Source: Acidimicrobiia bacterium
Lineage (GTDB): Bacteria > Actinomycetota > Acidimicrobiia > Spongiisociales > Spongiisociaceae
Direction of reading: 5' to 3'
NCBI GenBank assembly: GCA_041576165.1
Contig: JBFGLM010000006.1
Location: 32,001 to 96,000, forward strand
DNA: 64,000 bases
The notes below the pieces were generated by a model. It was given only the letters and a program-made list of their open reading frames with translations, searched no databases and was not told the origin of the DNA. Shown piece after piece: positions 1-9,184 of this stretch; the first letter of the stretch is position 1; the number at the start of each line of letters is the position of its first letter. Both the position numbers and the translations under genes were made by a program.

Positions 1-573
1 TTGCAGGACGTTCAAGACCGCCCTGACCGTCACCCGATCCGAAACCTCGAGGCGAGTCAGCATTGCTTCAGCTTCATCGAGCCGATCCCGGAAGCGCTCG
101 AGGGTCTGCAACTCCTGATTGACCTTGCCGACCAGGGCCTGCGGGGTCTCCAACTCCATCTTGCGGTCCCCGACGAAGATCGTGGCGACGTGGCGCTCTT
201 CCGAGACCGCCACCACGGGGCGTTTCGTCTGGCGCGCCACCCGCTCGGCAGTCCGGTATCTGGCACCGGTCTCGGTGGTGGGCACTGAGGGATCGGGCAG
301 CAGATGCGTATTGGCTCGGAGGATGTACTCGCACTTGTCGTCGAGCACGATCGCGCCGTCCATCTTGGCGAGCTCGGCGAGCTTGGCCGTAGTGAACTCC
401 GCTTCCTTCAGGACGAACCCGCCGGTGCAGATTTCTTCGACTTCAGGGCCGGATCCCAACACGACGAGGGCGCCGTTGCCGCTCTGCATGACGCGCTGGA
501 GCGCATTCCGGAGGGCAGTTCCGGGCGCCAGTATCGCAACGACTTCGAGCAAGGTCGAGGAACCCACGGGCAT
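1..573 (-). CDS. disA: DNA integrity scanning diadenylate cyclase DisA (5' part; runs off left edge)
   Basis: Manual translation from ATG 573: MPVGSSTLLEVVAILAPGTALRNALQRVMQSGNGALVVLG...LAELAKMDGAIVLD...LLPDPSVPTTETGARYRTAERVARQT. DAC-domain DGA motif present; lies downstream of radA. Not in the ORF track because its stop is outside the window. Confidence 0.93.
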   Translation of the reverse strand, partial: MPVGSSTLLEVVAILAPGTALRNALQRVMQSGNGALVVLGSGPEVEEICTGGFVLKEAEFTTAKLAELAKMDGAIVLDDKCEYILRANTHLLPDPSVPTTETGARYRTAERVARQTKRPVVAVSEERHVATIFVGDRKMELETPQALVGKVNQELQTLERFRDRLDEAEAMLTRLEVSDRVTVRAVLNVLQ

Positions 574-679
574 TGATCGGAGGCTACTACAGCGCTTTGA
601 CTGCGCGACGTTCCGCTGTAACAAATCATGCTATCGGATGCCGGCCCGGGGCAATGGCGGGTCGCCGGCGCCAACTTCC

Positions 680-862
680 GGCTGCCGCGGCCCTTGAGGG
701 CACCCTCCAGCCTGAGGGGGTCAGCCGATAGGCAGCGGAACGGTCCGACCGGAGGTAGCGATCGTCGCGACACCGCTCTCCGAGATGGGCTTTTGCACCA
801 GTCGCGTAGCAAGCGTGGTACACATCCGACGAGACAGTGGCCTATCCGCTGACCCCCTAAGG
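680..862. mobile_element. Tandem MITE-like inverted-repeat elements between radA and disA
   Basis: 23-bp imperfect terminal inverted repeats at 711-733 (cctgagggggtcagccgataggc) and 840-862 (gcctatccgctgaccccctaagg). The adjacent 687-706 (gcggcccttgagggcaccct) recurs exactly near 51426-51445. Confidence 0.55.
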
Positions 863-2158
863 AAGAGTCAGTCCGGCACGGACCAAGGCCTCGTCCACTC
901 GATGCACGCCACCCGGGCCTGGGGCGAGAACCCGTTCGATTCCCATCCGCTCTGCCTCCTGTCGGCGGCGCTTGCCGAGGCTCGCCTGGCGTACCTCGCC
1001 GGTGAGGCCGACCTCGCCCCACGCTGCCACCGACCCCAGCGGTTTGTCCAGGAGGGATGACGACAACGCCAGCATGATGGCCAGATCGGCCGCGGGCTCG
1101 GTGACACGAATCCCGCCCACGACGCTGGCGTAGGCTTCCTTGCCGCCGAATCCCAGACCGGCATGGCGTTCGAGCACGGCCAGCAACTGGTGAACCCGGG
1201 CCGGCTCGAGACCGCTGAAACTGCGCCGGGGCTGGACGGCCTGGGTCGAGCAGACCAGGGCCTGCACTTCGACCAGCACCGGCCGCCGTCCCTCCATGGT
1301 CGGCAGCACGACTGTGCCCGGCACCGAGCCGCTCCAATCGCCGACGAGGGCTGCGGAGGGATCCGCTACCTCCGCCAAGCCCTCATGCTGCATCTCGAAG
1401 AGACCGGCGAGATGTGTGGCTCCGAATCGATTCTTCAGCGACCGGAGCATGCGGAGCTCATGATCCGCGTCCCCCTCCAAATACAGCACCACATCGACCA
1501 TGTGCTCGAGGATCTTGGGACCGGCGATCCCGCCATCTTTGGTGACGTGGCCGATGAGAACGACGGCGGTGGCGTGGTCCTTGGCGAAGCGGATCACTCG
1601 GGCGGCGCACTCCCGAATCTGCGCCACCCCGCCGGCGGTTCCACCGACCTCGGGGGCGCTCACCGTCTGAATCGAGTCAACGATCAACAGGTCCGGCCGG
1701 GTATGGTCGGCCGCATCGATGATCTGATCGATGCCGTCGACAGCCAGGAGGTCGACGCCATCACCCCGGATCCCCAACCGCTCGGCGCGGAGGCCCACCT
1801 GGTCGGCCGACTCCTCCGCCGATGCGATCAGAACTTGGCGGCCGGCTGCCGCCAGCGAACCTCCCACCTGCAGAAGCAGCGTCGACTTGCCTACTCCCGG
1901 CTCTCCCCCGATGAGCACCGCTCCTCCGGGCACAATCCCGCCGCCGAGCACCCGATCGATCTCGCCGATGCCGGTTGCCATCCGTTCGACGGGCGCGTCG
2001 CCCACCTTGGCAAGCGGGATCGGCTCCGGCCGGTCCCGGACACGTCGCGAGCTGGCAGCTTCTGCCTCTTCGACGAGTCCGTCGTCCGAGCGGCACTGGG
2101 GGCAAAACCCCATCCACTTGGAGGAGCGATATCCGCACGCAGCACAACGAAATGACAC
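857..2158 (-). CDS. radA: DNA repair protein RadA/Sms
   Basis: N-terminal C4 zinc finger (CAACG...CPQC), Walker A GEPGVGKST, KNRFG motif, Lon-like C-terminus. Confidence 0.97.
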   Translation of the reverse strand: MSFRCAACGYRSSKWMGFCPQCRSDDGLVEEAEAASSRRVRDRPEPIPLAKVGDAPVERMATGIGEIDRVLGGGIVPGGAVLIGGEPGVGKSTLLLQVGGSLAAAGRQVLIASAEESADQVGLRAERLGIRGDGVDLLAVDGIDQIIDAADHTRPDLLIVDSIQTVSAPEVGGTAGGVAQIRECAARVIRFAKDHATAVVLIGHVTKDGGIAGPKILEHMVDVVLYLEGDADHELRMLRSLKNRFGATHLAGLFEMQHEGLAEVADPSAALVGDWSGSVPGTVVLPTMEGRRPVLVEVQALVCSTQAVQPRRSFSGLEPARVHQLLAVLERHAGLGFGGKEAYASVVGGIRVTEPAADLAIMLALSSSLLDKPLGSVAAWGEVGLTGEVRQASLGKRRRQEAERMGIERVLAPGPGGVHRVDEALVRAGLTLP

Positions 2159-2167
2159 GCTGCGACC

Positions 2168-2317
2168 TTACCGGCGCAGTGTGACATTGATCAGCACGGC
2201 CGCGATCACCCCGACCGCGACCAGCAAACCGACTCCGCCCAGCAGCGAGCCGGTAGCCCACAGTTCAGTTTCACGAAGCGCCAACACCCGCAGAACGTCC
2301 AAAAGTCGACTCGGCAT
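2168..2317 (-). CDS. Small single-pass membrane protein (49 aa)
   Basis: ATG 2317: MPSRLLDVLRVLALRETELWATGSLLGGVGLLVAVGVIAAVLINVTLRR. Hydrophobic helix with basic tail; ends 9 nt before the radA start. Confidence 0.5.
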   Translation of the reverse strand: MPSRLLDVLRVLALRETELWATGSLLGGVGLLVAVGVIAAVLINVTLRR

Positions 2318-2351
2318 GGCACAATACCCACGCTTGGTGAGGAAGGAACCT

Positions 2352-3269
2352 TTGACGGACAAGCCAGATGAGTGGAGTGACCCGCTGGACGCGATCGATT
2401 TCGAGGAGTTCACGCTCGAAGAGCCGGTCTCGTACGACGAACCAGCGGACTATCCCACAGCCGAACCGCCTCCTCCGGCGCTGATCACCTGCCCGTCGTG
2501 CGGGGCCGCGCAGCCCGCCACGAATCGGCACTGCGAGCAGTGCGGCGCGCGGCTCAGCCAGTCGGCGTTACCCGTGGCCCCCCGGCCACTGGCAGGAATG
2601 ACGGCAGGGACCCGGGCCCTGGCCGTGCTGGCGTCGGTCATCGGCGTTGTGGTGATACTGGCGCTGTTGCTCAATGTGTTCTCCGGTGGCGATGAAACGG
2701 CGCCGGCTGACGACGCAGCGGCATCCGATGTTTCAGAGACCACTGCCCCGGCGCCGTCCACGGGCCCGATCGGCCGGGTGACGCCGATCGACGTGCGCTG
2801 CTCGACCGAACTCAACGACACCAGCCTGGCGTGCCGCAATTTGATTGATGGCTCCTCGGATCCGTGGAACGATGCCAGCCTCCAGGGGGTCGGCGCCCAG
2901 ATGACGTTCACATTCGCAGAGCCCGTGGAGCTGGAACAGATCCATTTCTTCAATCTCGAAGATGATGTGCGGTTCGCTCGCAACTACCGCATACGCGGAA
3001 TCGAGATCCAGGCAGATGACCTGCCCGGGCTGCCCGTCATCGAGGAGATCGACAACGACAACTCCCGCCCCCATGTGGTCACCATCAATACGCTCGGTAC
3101 CACCCAGGTGATCATCTCGGTCAACAGCACCTGGCCTTCGGAAGCGGTCGACGGCAAGGCTTTTGACGAGCTGGCCATCCAGGAGATCGAGTTCTGGGGC
3201 CGGGTGGTAGCCGAGCCGGAGGTGCCGGCGGACGATGCGGGTGACGACTCTGGAGGGTCGGACGGCTAG
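2352..3269 (+). CDS. Bitopic membrane protein: zinc ribbon, TM helix, discoidin/galactose-binding-like C-terminal domain
   Basis: TTG 2352 after gaggaagg. CPSCG...CEQCG zinc ribbon, TM segment LAVLASVIGVVVILALLL, C-terminal beta-sandwich pattern (NLIDG...W...LAIQEIEFWG). Confidence 0.75.
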   Translation: MTDKPDEWSDPLDAIDFEEFTLEEPVSYDEPADYPTAEPPPPALITCPSCGAAQPATNRHCEQCGARLSQSALPVAPRPLAGMTAGTRALAVLASVIGVVVILALLLNVFSGGDETAPADDAAASDVSETTAPAPSTGPIGRVTPIDVRCSTELNDTSLACRNLIDGSSDPWNDASLQGVGAQMTFTFAEPVELEQIHFFNLEDDVRFARNYRIRGIEIQADDLPGLPVIEEIDNDNSRPHVVTINTLGTTQVIISVNSTWPSEAVDGKAFDELAIQEIEFWGRVVAEPEVPADDAGDDSGGSDG

Positions 3270-3359
3270 CCACTTCGCTCGGGCAACAACCCGGCCGCCA
3301 GCGCCCACGGCCCAAGCCCTGTTCTGGCGCAACGGTGGCGTTTCGTCTCTGAGCCGGTC

Positions 3360-4625
3360 ATGAAGCTCTTCGACCCGAGCGATCCGAACTTCATCGACGA
3401 CCCATATCCCCGTCTGGCCGAGCTGCGCGAGCGGACACCGGTTGAGTGGGATCGCGATTCTGGGTTGTGGCTGCTCACCAGACACGCTGATGTCGACAGC
3501 GCTCAGCGGGACCGGCGCTTGGGCCGCGTGCGTGGCGGCCACGCCGAGCCTTCCGACTTCAGGCCGTTGCGGGAGCTGAAGCTCAGCCTCGATCCCTCGC
3601 CGTATTACCTGATTGAGCGCTATTCGTTGCTCATGCTGGAACCGCCGGAACACACCAGGATCCGGGCACTGGTGTCGCGAGCTTTCACGCCCCGCCGGGT
3701 GCGAGAACTGCGGGGTCCCATAACCAGGATCGCCGACGACCTGCTCGCCGGTCTCGCCGGTGCCGACGGGTTTGACCTGCTGGCGGATTACGCCCAGCCC
3801 TATTCGATCAGGGTGATCGCATTGTTGCTCGGGGCTCCCACCGACCACGCCGACGATCTACTGGCGTGGTCGCATCAGATCGTCAAGATGTACGAACTGG
3901 CGACGACGGTCGCCGAGGCGGAGGCCGCCATCCGCGCCGCAGCCGAGTTCACGGAATGGACGGCAGACCTCATCGAGCAACGGCGACGCACACCGCAGGA
4001 CGATCTCATCACCGCCCTCTGCCACGCCGAGACCGAGGATGGCGTGCTGTCCGACGCCGAAATCGTCTCGACGGTGATCCTCCTTCTCAACGCCGGCCAC
4101 GAAGCCACCGTCAACACGATGGGTAACGGCATGACCGCGATCTTGCGCCATCTCGGCACCTGGAAGTCGATTGTCGACGGCACGGTTGAGCCGGCCGTGG
4201 CGATCGAGGAGATGATGCGCTGGGATCCGCCTCTCCAGCTTTTTGAACGCTGGGTCCTGGCCGACGACTTCGAAATCGGGGGCATCCACATCCCTCGCGG
4301 CGACAAGGTGGCGATGCTGTTCGGATCCGCCAACCGCGACCCCCGCCAGTTCGACGACCCCGACCGCTTCGACGTCGCCCGGGGCGACATCTCGCACATT
4401 ACCTTCGGCGCCGGCGTCCACTACTGCCTGGGGGCTCCCCTCGCCCGCCTCGAGCTGGAGGTGGCAGTGGCCCGCCTCGCCGCCCACCGCCCTGACCTGG
4501 AGCTGGCGGCAGACCCGATCCGTATCCCCGCCTTCGTGATTCGCGGCTACGAATCGGTGATGGTCGCGGCACCGGCGGCGCCCCCCTCCGACAGCTTTGG
4601 GCGCGTAACCAAAGGGGGAGTTTGA
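3360..4625 (+). CDS. Cytochrome P450
   Basis: Heme motif FGAGVHYCLG, EEMMR (ExxR), I-helix AGHEAT. Confidence 0.97.
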   Translation: MKLFDPSDPNFIDDPYPRLAELRERTPVEWDRDSGLWLLTRHADVDSAQRDRRLGRVRGGHAEPSDFRPLRELKLSLDPSPYYLIERYSLLMLEPPEHTRIRALVSRAFTPRRVRELRGPITRIADDLLAGLAGADGFDLLADYAQPYSIRVIALLLGAPTDHADDLLAWSHQIVKMYELATTVAEAEAAIRAAAEFTEWTADLIEQRRRTPQDDLITALCHAETEDGVLSDAEIVSTVILLLNAGHEATVNTMGNGMTAILRHLGTWKSIVDGTVEPAVAIEEMMRWDPPLQLFERWVLADDFEIGGIHIPRGDKVAMLFGSANRDPRQFDDPDRFDVARGDISHITFGAGVHYCLGAPLARLELEVAVARLAAHRPDLELAADPIRIPAFVIRGYESVMVAAPAAPPSDSFGRVTKGGV

Positions 4626-4790
4626 GGGGGAAAGGCTCCTGCCGTCCCCCTCAACCTGGGGCGCAGCGACCCGGGCGGTGCGACCCAGCAAAAAGTGCGC
4701 GCGGCCGAAGGCCGCACCTAAAACAACCGCCACCGAAGGTGGCGCATGCGCCCCGATCCTGATCGGGGCGCTCCCACTCGCCGGCGGCGA
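4612..4790. repeat. Cluster of GC-rich hairpins (REP-like/terminator region) between convergent genes
   Basis: ttgaggggga...tccccctcaa, gcggccgaaggccgc, cgccaccgaaggtggcg, gcgccccgatc-ct-gatcggggcgc. Confidence 0.5.
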
Positions 4791-4791
4791 A

Positions 4792-5586
4792 TCATCCCCA
4801 GCAGTCGCGGGAGGCGTTCCAGTGGCGCCAGCCACCGCCTTCATAGACGAGCCAGGCGGCGACGGCGGTGTTGGCCACCGGATCGAAAACATCGGAGCCG
4901 GCGTATCCCGCACTGGCCGCTCGTGGCGGCCACATCGAGGCCAGGTGCTGAAAGAGCCCGGACGCGGTGGAGCGTGGATTCTTGGCTTCCGGGACGCCCC
5001 GGCTCTCGCAGTCCACGACGGCAACGGCCAGGTCGACGTCGCTGGTATCGAAGAAATGGGCGATCAAAGGCCGCCAGTCCTCGGCTCCTTGCGGATCGAG
5101 CGGGACCAACCGCTCCAGATGGGGGGCGCGCGGTACCTCCGCCTGGAGGCTCTGCGAGGGCGCGGCCGCGGTCCTGGTCTCTTCGACCGCCGCCGGGGTC
5201 TCTGCGTCGGCTGCCTGTGGCTCTCCCGACGTCCCGGTTGAGTCATCGTGCTCGTGAGCGGCATGGGTGTGGGTCGTGGTTGTTGGAAGGCACCGAGGGT
5301 TGTCGCCGTCGATGTCGCAGATCCACTGGGTTACTGACTCCCCCACCACCGGCTCAGGCGTCGTCGGCAGCGGCGGAGGGACGGCAGCCAATCTCGCTTG
5401 CAGGCCCGCATCGGCCGTCGTGGCGGTCGACCCGGCGGAGGTGGTGGACGCAGGCACCGCCTCCGTGATGACCTCACTTTGAGGGGCAGCGCCCCCGCTC
5501 AGCCAGGCACCGCCCGCCAGCGGAAGCCCGATGAGGATGGACAGTGCGGTGAACAGCGACGCGGCGCGTCGAAGGTGATACCGCAT
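4792..5586 (-). CDS. Secreted lytic transglycosylase (SLT/Rpf-like C-terminal domain)
   Basis: ATG 5586 after GGAGGT. Signal/TM helix, low-complexity linker, C-terminus VVDCESRG...NPRSTASGLFQH...DPVANTAVAAWL..GGWRHW. Confidence 0.85.
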   Translation of the reverse strand: MRYHLRRAASLFTALSILIGLPLAGGAWLSGGAAPQSEVITEAVPASTTSAGSTATTADAGLQARLAAVPPPLPTTPEPVVGESVTQWICDIDGDNPRCLPTTTTHTHAAHEHDDSTGTSGEPQAADAETPAAVEETRTAAAPSQSLQAEVPRAPHLERLVPLDPQGAEDWRPLIAHFFDTSDVDLAVAVVDCESRGVPEAKNPRSTASGLFQHLASMWPPRAASAGYAGSDVFDPVANTAVAAWLVYEGGGWRHWNASRDCWG

Positions 5587-5794
5587 GTTGATACCTCCTG
5601 GATATGGAGGGGAAGAAGCAAAAGGGCGCAACCATAGTTGCGCCGGGCGGCACTCTAACGTACGAGCCCGGCCCCGCCAAGGCTGCACACCGATGGGCTA
5701 GTCACACCCTGTACCCCGATACCAAGCAGCTACGCGGCAGGCTCTATCGCACCAGCGCCCGGTGCACGAGCTCGGGGGTGCCACAATCGGCCTC

Positions 5795-6715
5795 ATGTCG
5801 ACGCTCATCATCGACACCGACACCGCATCGGACGATGCGGTTGCGCTGATCATGGCTGTTCGCCATTCTGAAATAGCCGCCGTCACCACCGTCGCCGGCA
5901 ACTGCGGAGTCGAGCAGGCTACCCGCAACGCGCTCTACACCATGGAGCTGTGCGGCGCCGACGTCCCTGTCTATCAAGGATCGGCCCGGCCGTTGCTGCT
6001 CGAACCCCGCTATGCCACCTGGTTTCATGGTCAAGATGGGCTGGGCGATCAGGGCTATCCCGCACCCGCCGGCCAACCCGAGGCCGAACACGGCGTGACC
6101 GCGTTGATCAGGTCGGTCCGGGAGAATCCCGGTTGCGTACTGGTAACGCTCGGCCCCCTCACCAACGTGGCGATGGCGATCCGGCAAGCGCCGGACATCA
6201 TCTCGCAGATCGACCGATGTGTGGTCATGGGCGGGACAGCAAACGTCATCGGCAACGTGACTCCAGCTGCCGAGTTCAACCTGTGGTTCGACCCGCACGC
6301 CGCGGCCATGGTGTTCGACTCCGACCTGCCGATCGAGATGGTCGGCTGGGAGATCTGCCGCGGTGAGGCCGGCCTGAACGTTGAGGAGCAGGCAGCGCTG
6401 CGGGGCCTCGGTACCGACGTGGCGAGCTTCATCCTGGACTGCAATACGACGGCGCAGGCGGCGATTCGCCGCCAATCGGGTGGTTCGACACTGGAGCTGC
6501 CCGATCCGACCGCAATGGCAGTGGCGCTCGAGCCCGACATCGTCGTCCGACACTCCTCGCGCCACCATGTGTCGATCGAGCACCATTCGGAACTGACCCG
6601 CGGGATGTCCGTGGTTGACTCCTTCGACGTGACCGGCAAGTCACCGAACACCACCATCATCCGCTCGATCGACGTCGAGAGGTTCAAGCAGCTGATCTTC
6701 GAATCTGCGGGCTGA
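5795..6715 (+). CDS. Inosine-uridine preferring nucleoside hydrolase
   Basis: DTDTASDD motif, LGPLTNVA, GNVTPAAEFN...DPHAA. Confidence 0.95.
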   Translation: MSTLIIDTDTASDDAVALIMAVRHSEIAAVTTVAGNCGVEQATRNALYTMELCGADVPVYQGSARPLLLEPRYATWFHGQDGLGDQGYPAPAGQPEAEHGVTALIRSVRENPGCVLVTLGPLTNVAMAIRQAPDIISQIDRCVVMGGTANVIGNVTPAAEFNLWFDPHAAAMVFDSDLPIEMVGWEICRGEAGLNVEEQAALRGLGTDVASFILDCNTTAQAAIRRQSGGSTLELPDPTAMAVALEPDIVVRHSSRHHVSIEHHSELTRGMSVVDSFDVTGKSPNTTIIRSIDVERFKQLIFESAG

Positions 6716-6806
6716 TCAGCGCTTTCGCTGCTTGCCAAGTGGGCTGAGCCGCATACGGGCGAGAGGTCTGATGCGTCACCGAGCTAGCGCACGCGGGCGC
6801 GCGCGA

Positions 6807-8099
6807 TCATTCTTTCACCCATATTCGGCCGTCGGCGGCGGGCATTCGGAGTCGGCGAGTGGCGAAGAGGAGGACGATGATGACGGAGATGAACGGCGTG
6901 ATCTGCGGCAGCTGGTTGGGCACCGAGTCGGACACGAGATAGAAGTAGCCGACGATGATCCCGACTCCACCCATCCCAACAGCTTCCAAGTAGCGCTTCC
7001 GCACCAGAGCACGGATCGCGAAGATCAACAGCGCGACCGTTACGAAGAGCAGGAGTGCATGCGGGGCACTCGGATCGCGCAGCCGGAGCGTTTCGGTGAA
7101 CCCGAACAGCAGAGCGCCTGCTGCAGTACCCCCGGGCCGCCAGTTGCCGAAGATCATCGTGGCGAGGCCGATGAAACCCTTCCCACCAGTCTGAGCCTCC
7201 TTATACAGGCCAGAAAGCTGAACTGACAGGAATCCTCCACCGAATCCCGCCAGGAAACCCGAGATGACGACGCCGTAGTACTTGTAGCGATAGACGTTGA
7301 TCCCGAGCGAATCCGCTGCGTCCGGATCCTCGCCGCAGCTGCGCAGCCGCAACCCAAACCGGGTGCGCCACAGCAGGTACGCAGAGAATGGAACCACCAA
7401 GATGGCGAGCAGGGTCAGCCACGACATCTGGAACACGAAACCGCGCACGACTCCGGCCGCCTCGCTCAGCAGGAAGATATCAGCCCGTTCGATCGCACCG
7501 AGGATGTCCGGGCTCTTCCAGTTTCCTATATCGCCACCGGCGAGGAATGGGACGTCGAACGTTCCCACTCCCTGCACGGTCGGCGACTGGGTGATCGAAC
7601 CTCCGTATTCGGGAAATATCAGACCTGACAGATAGCGCGTGATGCCCGGCGCCATCACAAAGATGGCGGTGCCGGCGATGATGTGGTCCACTGCGAACGT
7701 GACCGTGGCCACCGCCATCAACAGGCCCCCAGCTCCCCCAGCGATGGCTGCCATGAGCAACCCGACCCATGGGCTACCGGATACGATCGTTCCGTAGGCT
7801 CCGAACCAGGTGCCAAGCACCAGCATGCCTTCGAGCGCGATGTTGACGACGCCGGACCGCTCCGAGAACATGCCACCCAGGCCGGCCATGAGGATGGGGA
7901 TCGACCAGGCGACGGCGATGCTCCAGGTGCCGGATGATGTGAGGTCGGTTGTCGGGATGCGGGCGAACTGCTCCGTGAGGGCCAGCAGGACGATGCCCGC
8001 CACGAGGTAGACAACCCAGCGAGTGCGGCCGGTCAGACGGTGCCGGACCGTCCGCGCCGCCGGCTCGGGAGCCGGGCGTTCGATGGTCGGTGCCGTCAT
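6807..8099 (-). CDS. Nucleoside/simple-sugar ABC transporter permease
   Basis: ERSGVVNIALEG, GLRLRSCGEDPDAADSLGINV, GKGFIGLATMIFGNW. Confidence 0.92.
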   Translation of the reverse strand: MTAPTIERPAPEPAARTVRHRLTGRTRWVVYLVAGIVLLALTEQFARIPTTDLTSSGTWSIAVAWSIPILMAGLGGMFSERSGVVNIALEGMLVLGTWFGAYGTIVSGSPWVGLLMAAIAGGAGGLLMAVATVTFAVDHIIAGTAIFVMAPGITRYLSGLIFPEYGGSITQSPTVQGVGTFDVPFLAGGDIGNWKSPDILGAIERADIFLLSEAAGVVRGFVFQMSWLTLLAILVVPFSAYLLWRTRFGLRLRSCGEDPDAADSLGINVYRYKYYGVVISGFLAGFGGGFLSVQLSGLYKEAQTGGKGFIGLATMIFGNWRPGGTAAGALLFGFTETLRLRDPSAPHALLLFVTVALLIFAIRALVRKRYLEAVGMGGVGIIVGYFYLVSDSVPNQLPQITPFISVIIVLLFATRRLRMPAADGRIWVKE

Positions 8100-9184
8100 G
8101 CCTCGGCCCCCGTCATCGCCGCCGCAGCCTTGGCGGCTTCGATCCGCCGGTATCGCTCGGCGATGGAGTAGGCCACCACCACCGCCAGAATGATCACCCC
8201 TTGAATGATCACAACGATCTCCCGCGGGGCGTCACCCCGGACCTCCAGCACTCCCGAGGCCCGGCCCAGCCAGCCGAACAACAGGGCGCCGACGGCGATA
8301 CCCGCCGCATGGTTGCGGCCCAGCAACGCGACAGCGATGCCGGCGAATCCAAGACCCTGAGTAAAACGCAGGCTGTAGGCGTGGGTGTCGCCGAGCAACT
8401 CCGGCAGGCCCACCAGGCCAGCAACGGCGCCCGACAGCAACATCGCAACGACAATGGTCCGCTTGGGATCGACCCCACTGGCCTCCGCCGCGTCGGGATT
8501 CTGGCCGGTGGCCCGCAAGTCATAGCCCAGGCTGGTCCGGTTGATCAGCAGGTGGTAGCCGACACCCACAACGATCGCCACCAGCACGAACCCCCACAGG
8601 CTGGAGCGGGTGCCTCCAAATACTGTGTCGGAGATGAAATCGAGGGACGGGAAATGGCCCGACGGAGGGATATCGCCGAGCGCAGTGTCGAGGCCAGGGT
8701 CGGGAACGTCCCACACGCCAAGCAAGTAGGAAACGATCCCGCCGACCGCGATCGCATTGAACATGATGGTCGAGATGACCTCATGCACGTTGCGAGTGAC
8801 CTTCAACACGCCGGCCAATCCCGCCCACATGCCACCGACCGCCATCGCCGTCAGGATGATCAAGCCGACGTGCAGCACCGCAGGTAGGGACATGACCGCA
8901 CCGACCTGGGCGGCGATGAATGCGCCCAGAATGTACTGGCCCTCGACGCCGATGTTGAACAGGCTCATCCTGAACCCGATGGCGACCGCCACACCGGACA
9001 GGTACAGCGGCGTCGACCAGTTGATCGTCTCTACGAGGGTATTCGGCCGAAAACCGAACTCGACGAGGTTCGCGAACGCAGTGAATGGGTTCGTTCCCGA
9101 GATGAGGAGCACGATCGAGGAGACGATGAATGACAGGACGACGGCTGCGATGGGAGGTGCGAGCGTCAACAGACGAGGATTCAC
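8096..9184 (-). CDS. Nucleoside/simple-sugar ABC transporter permease
   Basis: GTG 9184 overlaps the ATPase stop; LFNIGVEGQY, GFAGIAVALLGRNH. Confidence 0.92.
   Translation of the reverse strand: MNPRLLTLAPPIAAVVLSFIVSSIVLLISGTNPFTAFANLVEFGFRPNTLVETINWSTPLYLSGVAVAIGFRMSLFNIGVEGQYILGAFIAAQVGAVMSLPAVLHVGLIILTAMAVGGMWAGLAGVLKVTRNVHEVISTIMFNAIAVGGIVSYLLGVWDVPDPGLDTALGDIPPSGHFPSLDFISDTVFGGTRSSLWGFVLVAIVVGVGYHLLINRTSLGYDLRATGQNPDAAEASGVDPKRTIVVAMLLSGAVAGLVGLPELLGDTHAYSLRFTQGLGFAGIAVALLGRNHAAGIAVGALLFGWLGRASGVLEVRGDAPREIVVIIQGVIILAVVVAYSIAERYRRIEAAKAAAAMTGAEA

Noticed and set aside
1731-2351. 5' extension of the 512-aa + ORF
   Set aside because: Antisense overlap with radA; an SD-supported TTG exists at 2352.
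5590-5760. c-di-AMP (ydaO) riboswitch before the Rpf-like gene
   Set aside because: Conserved GCUGAAU/GGAAC/UCAGCUAAC elements not seen.
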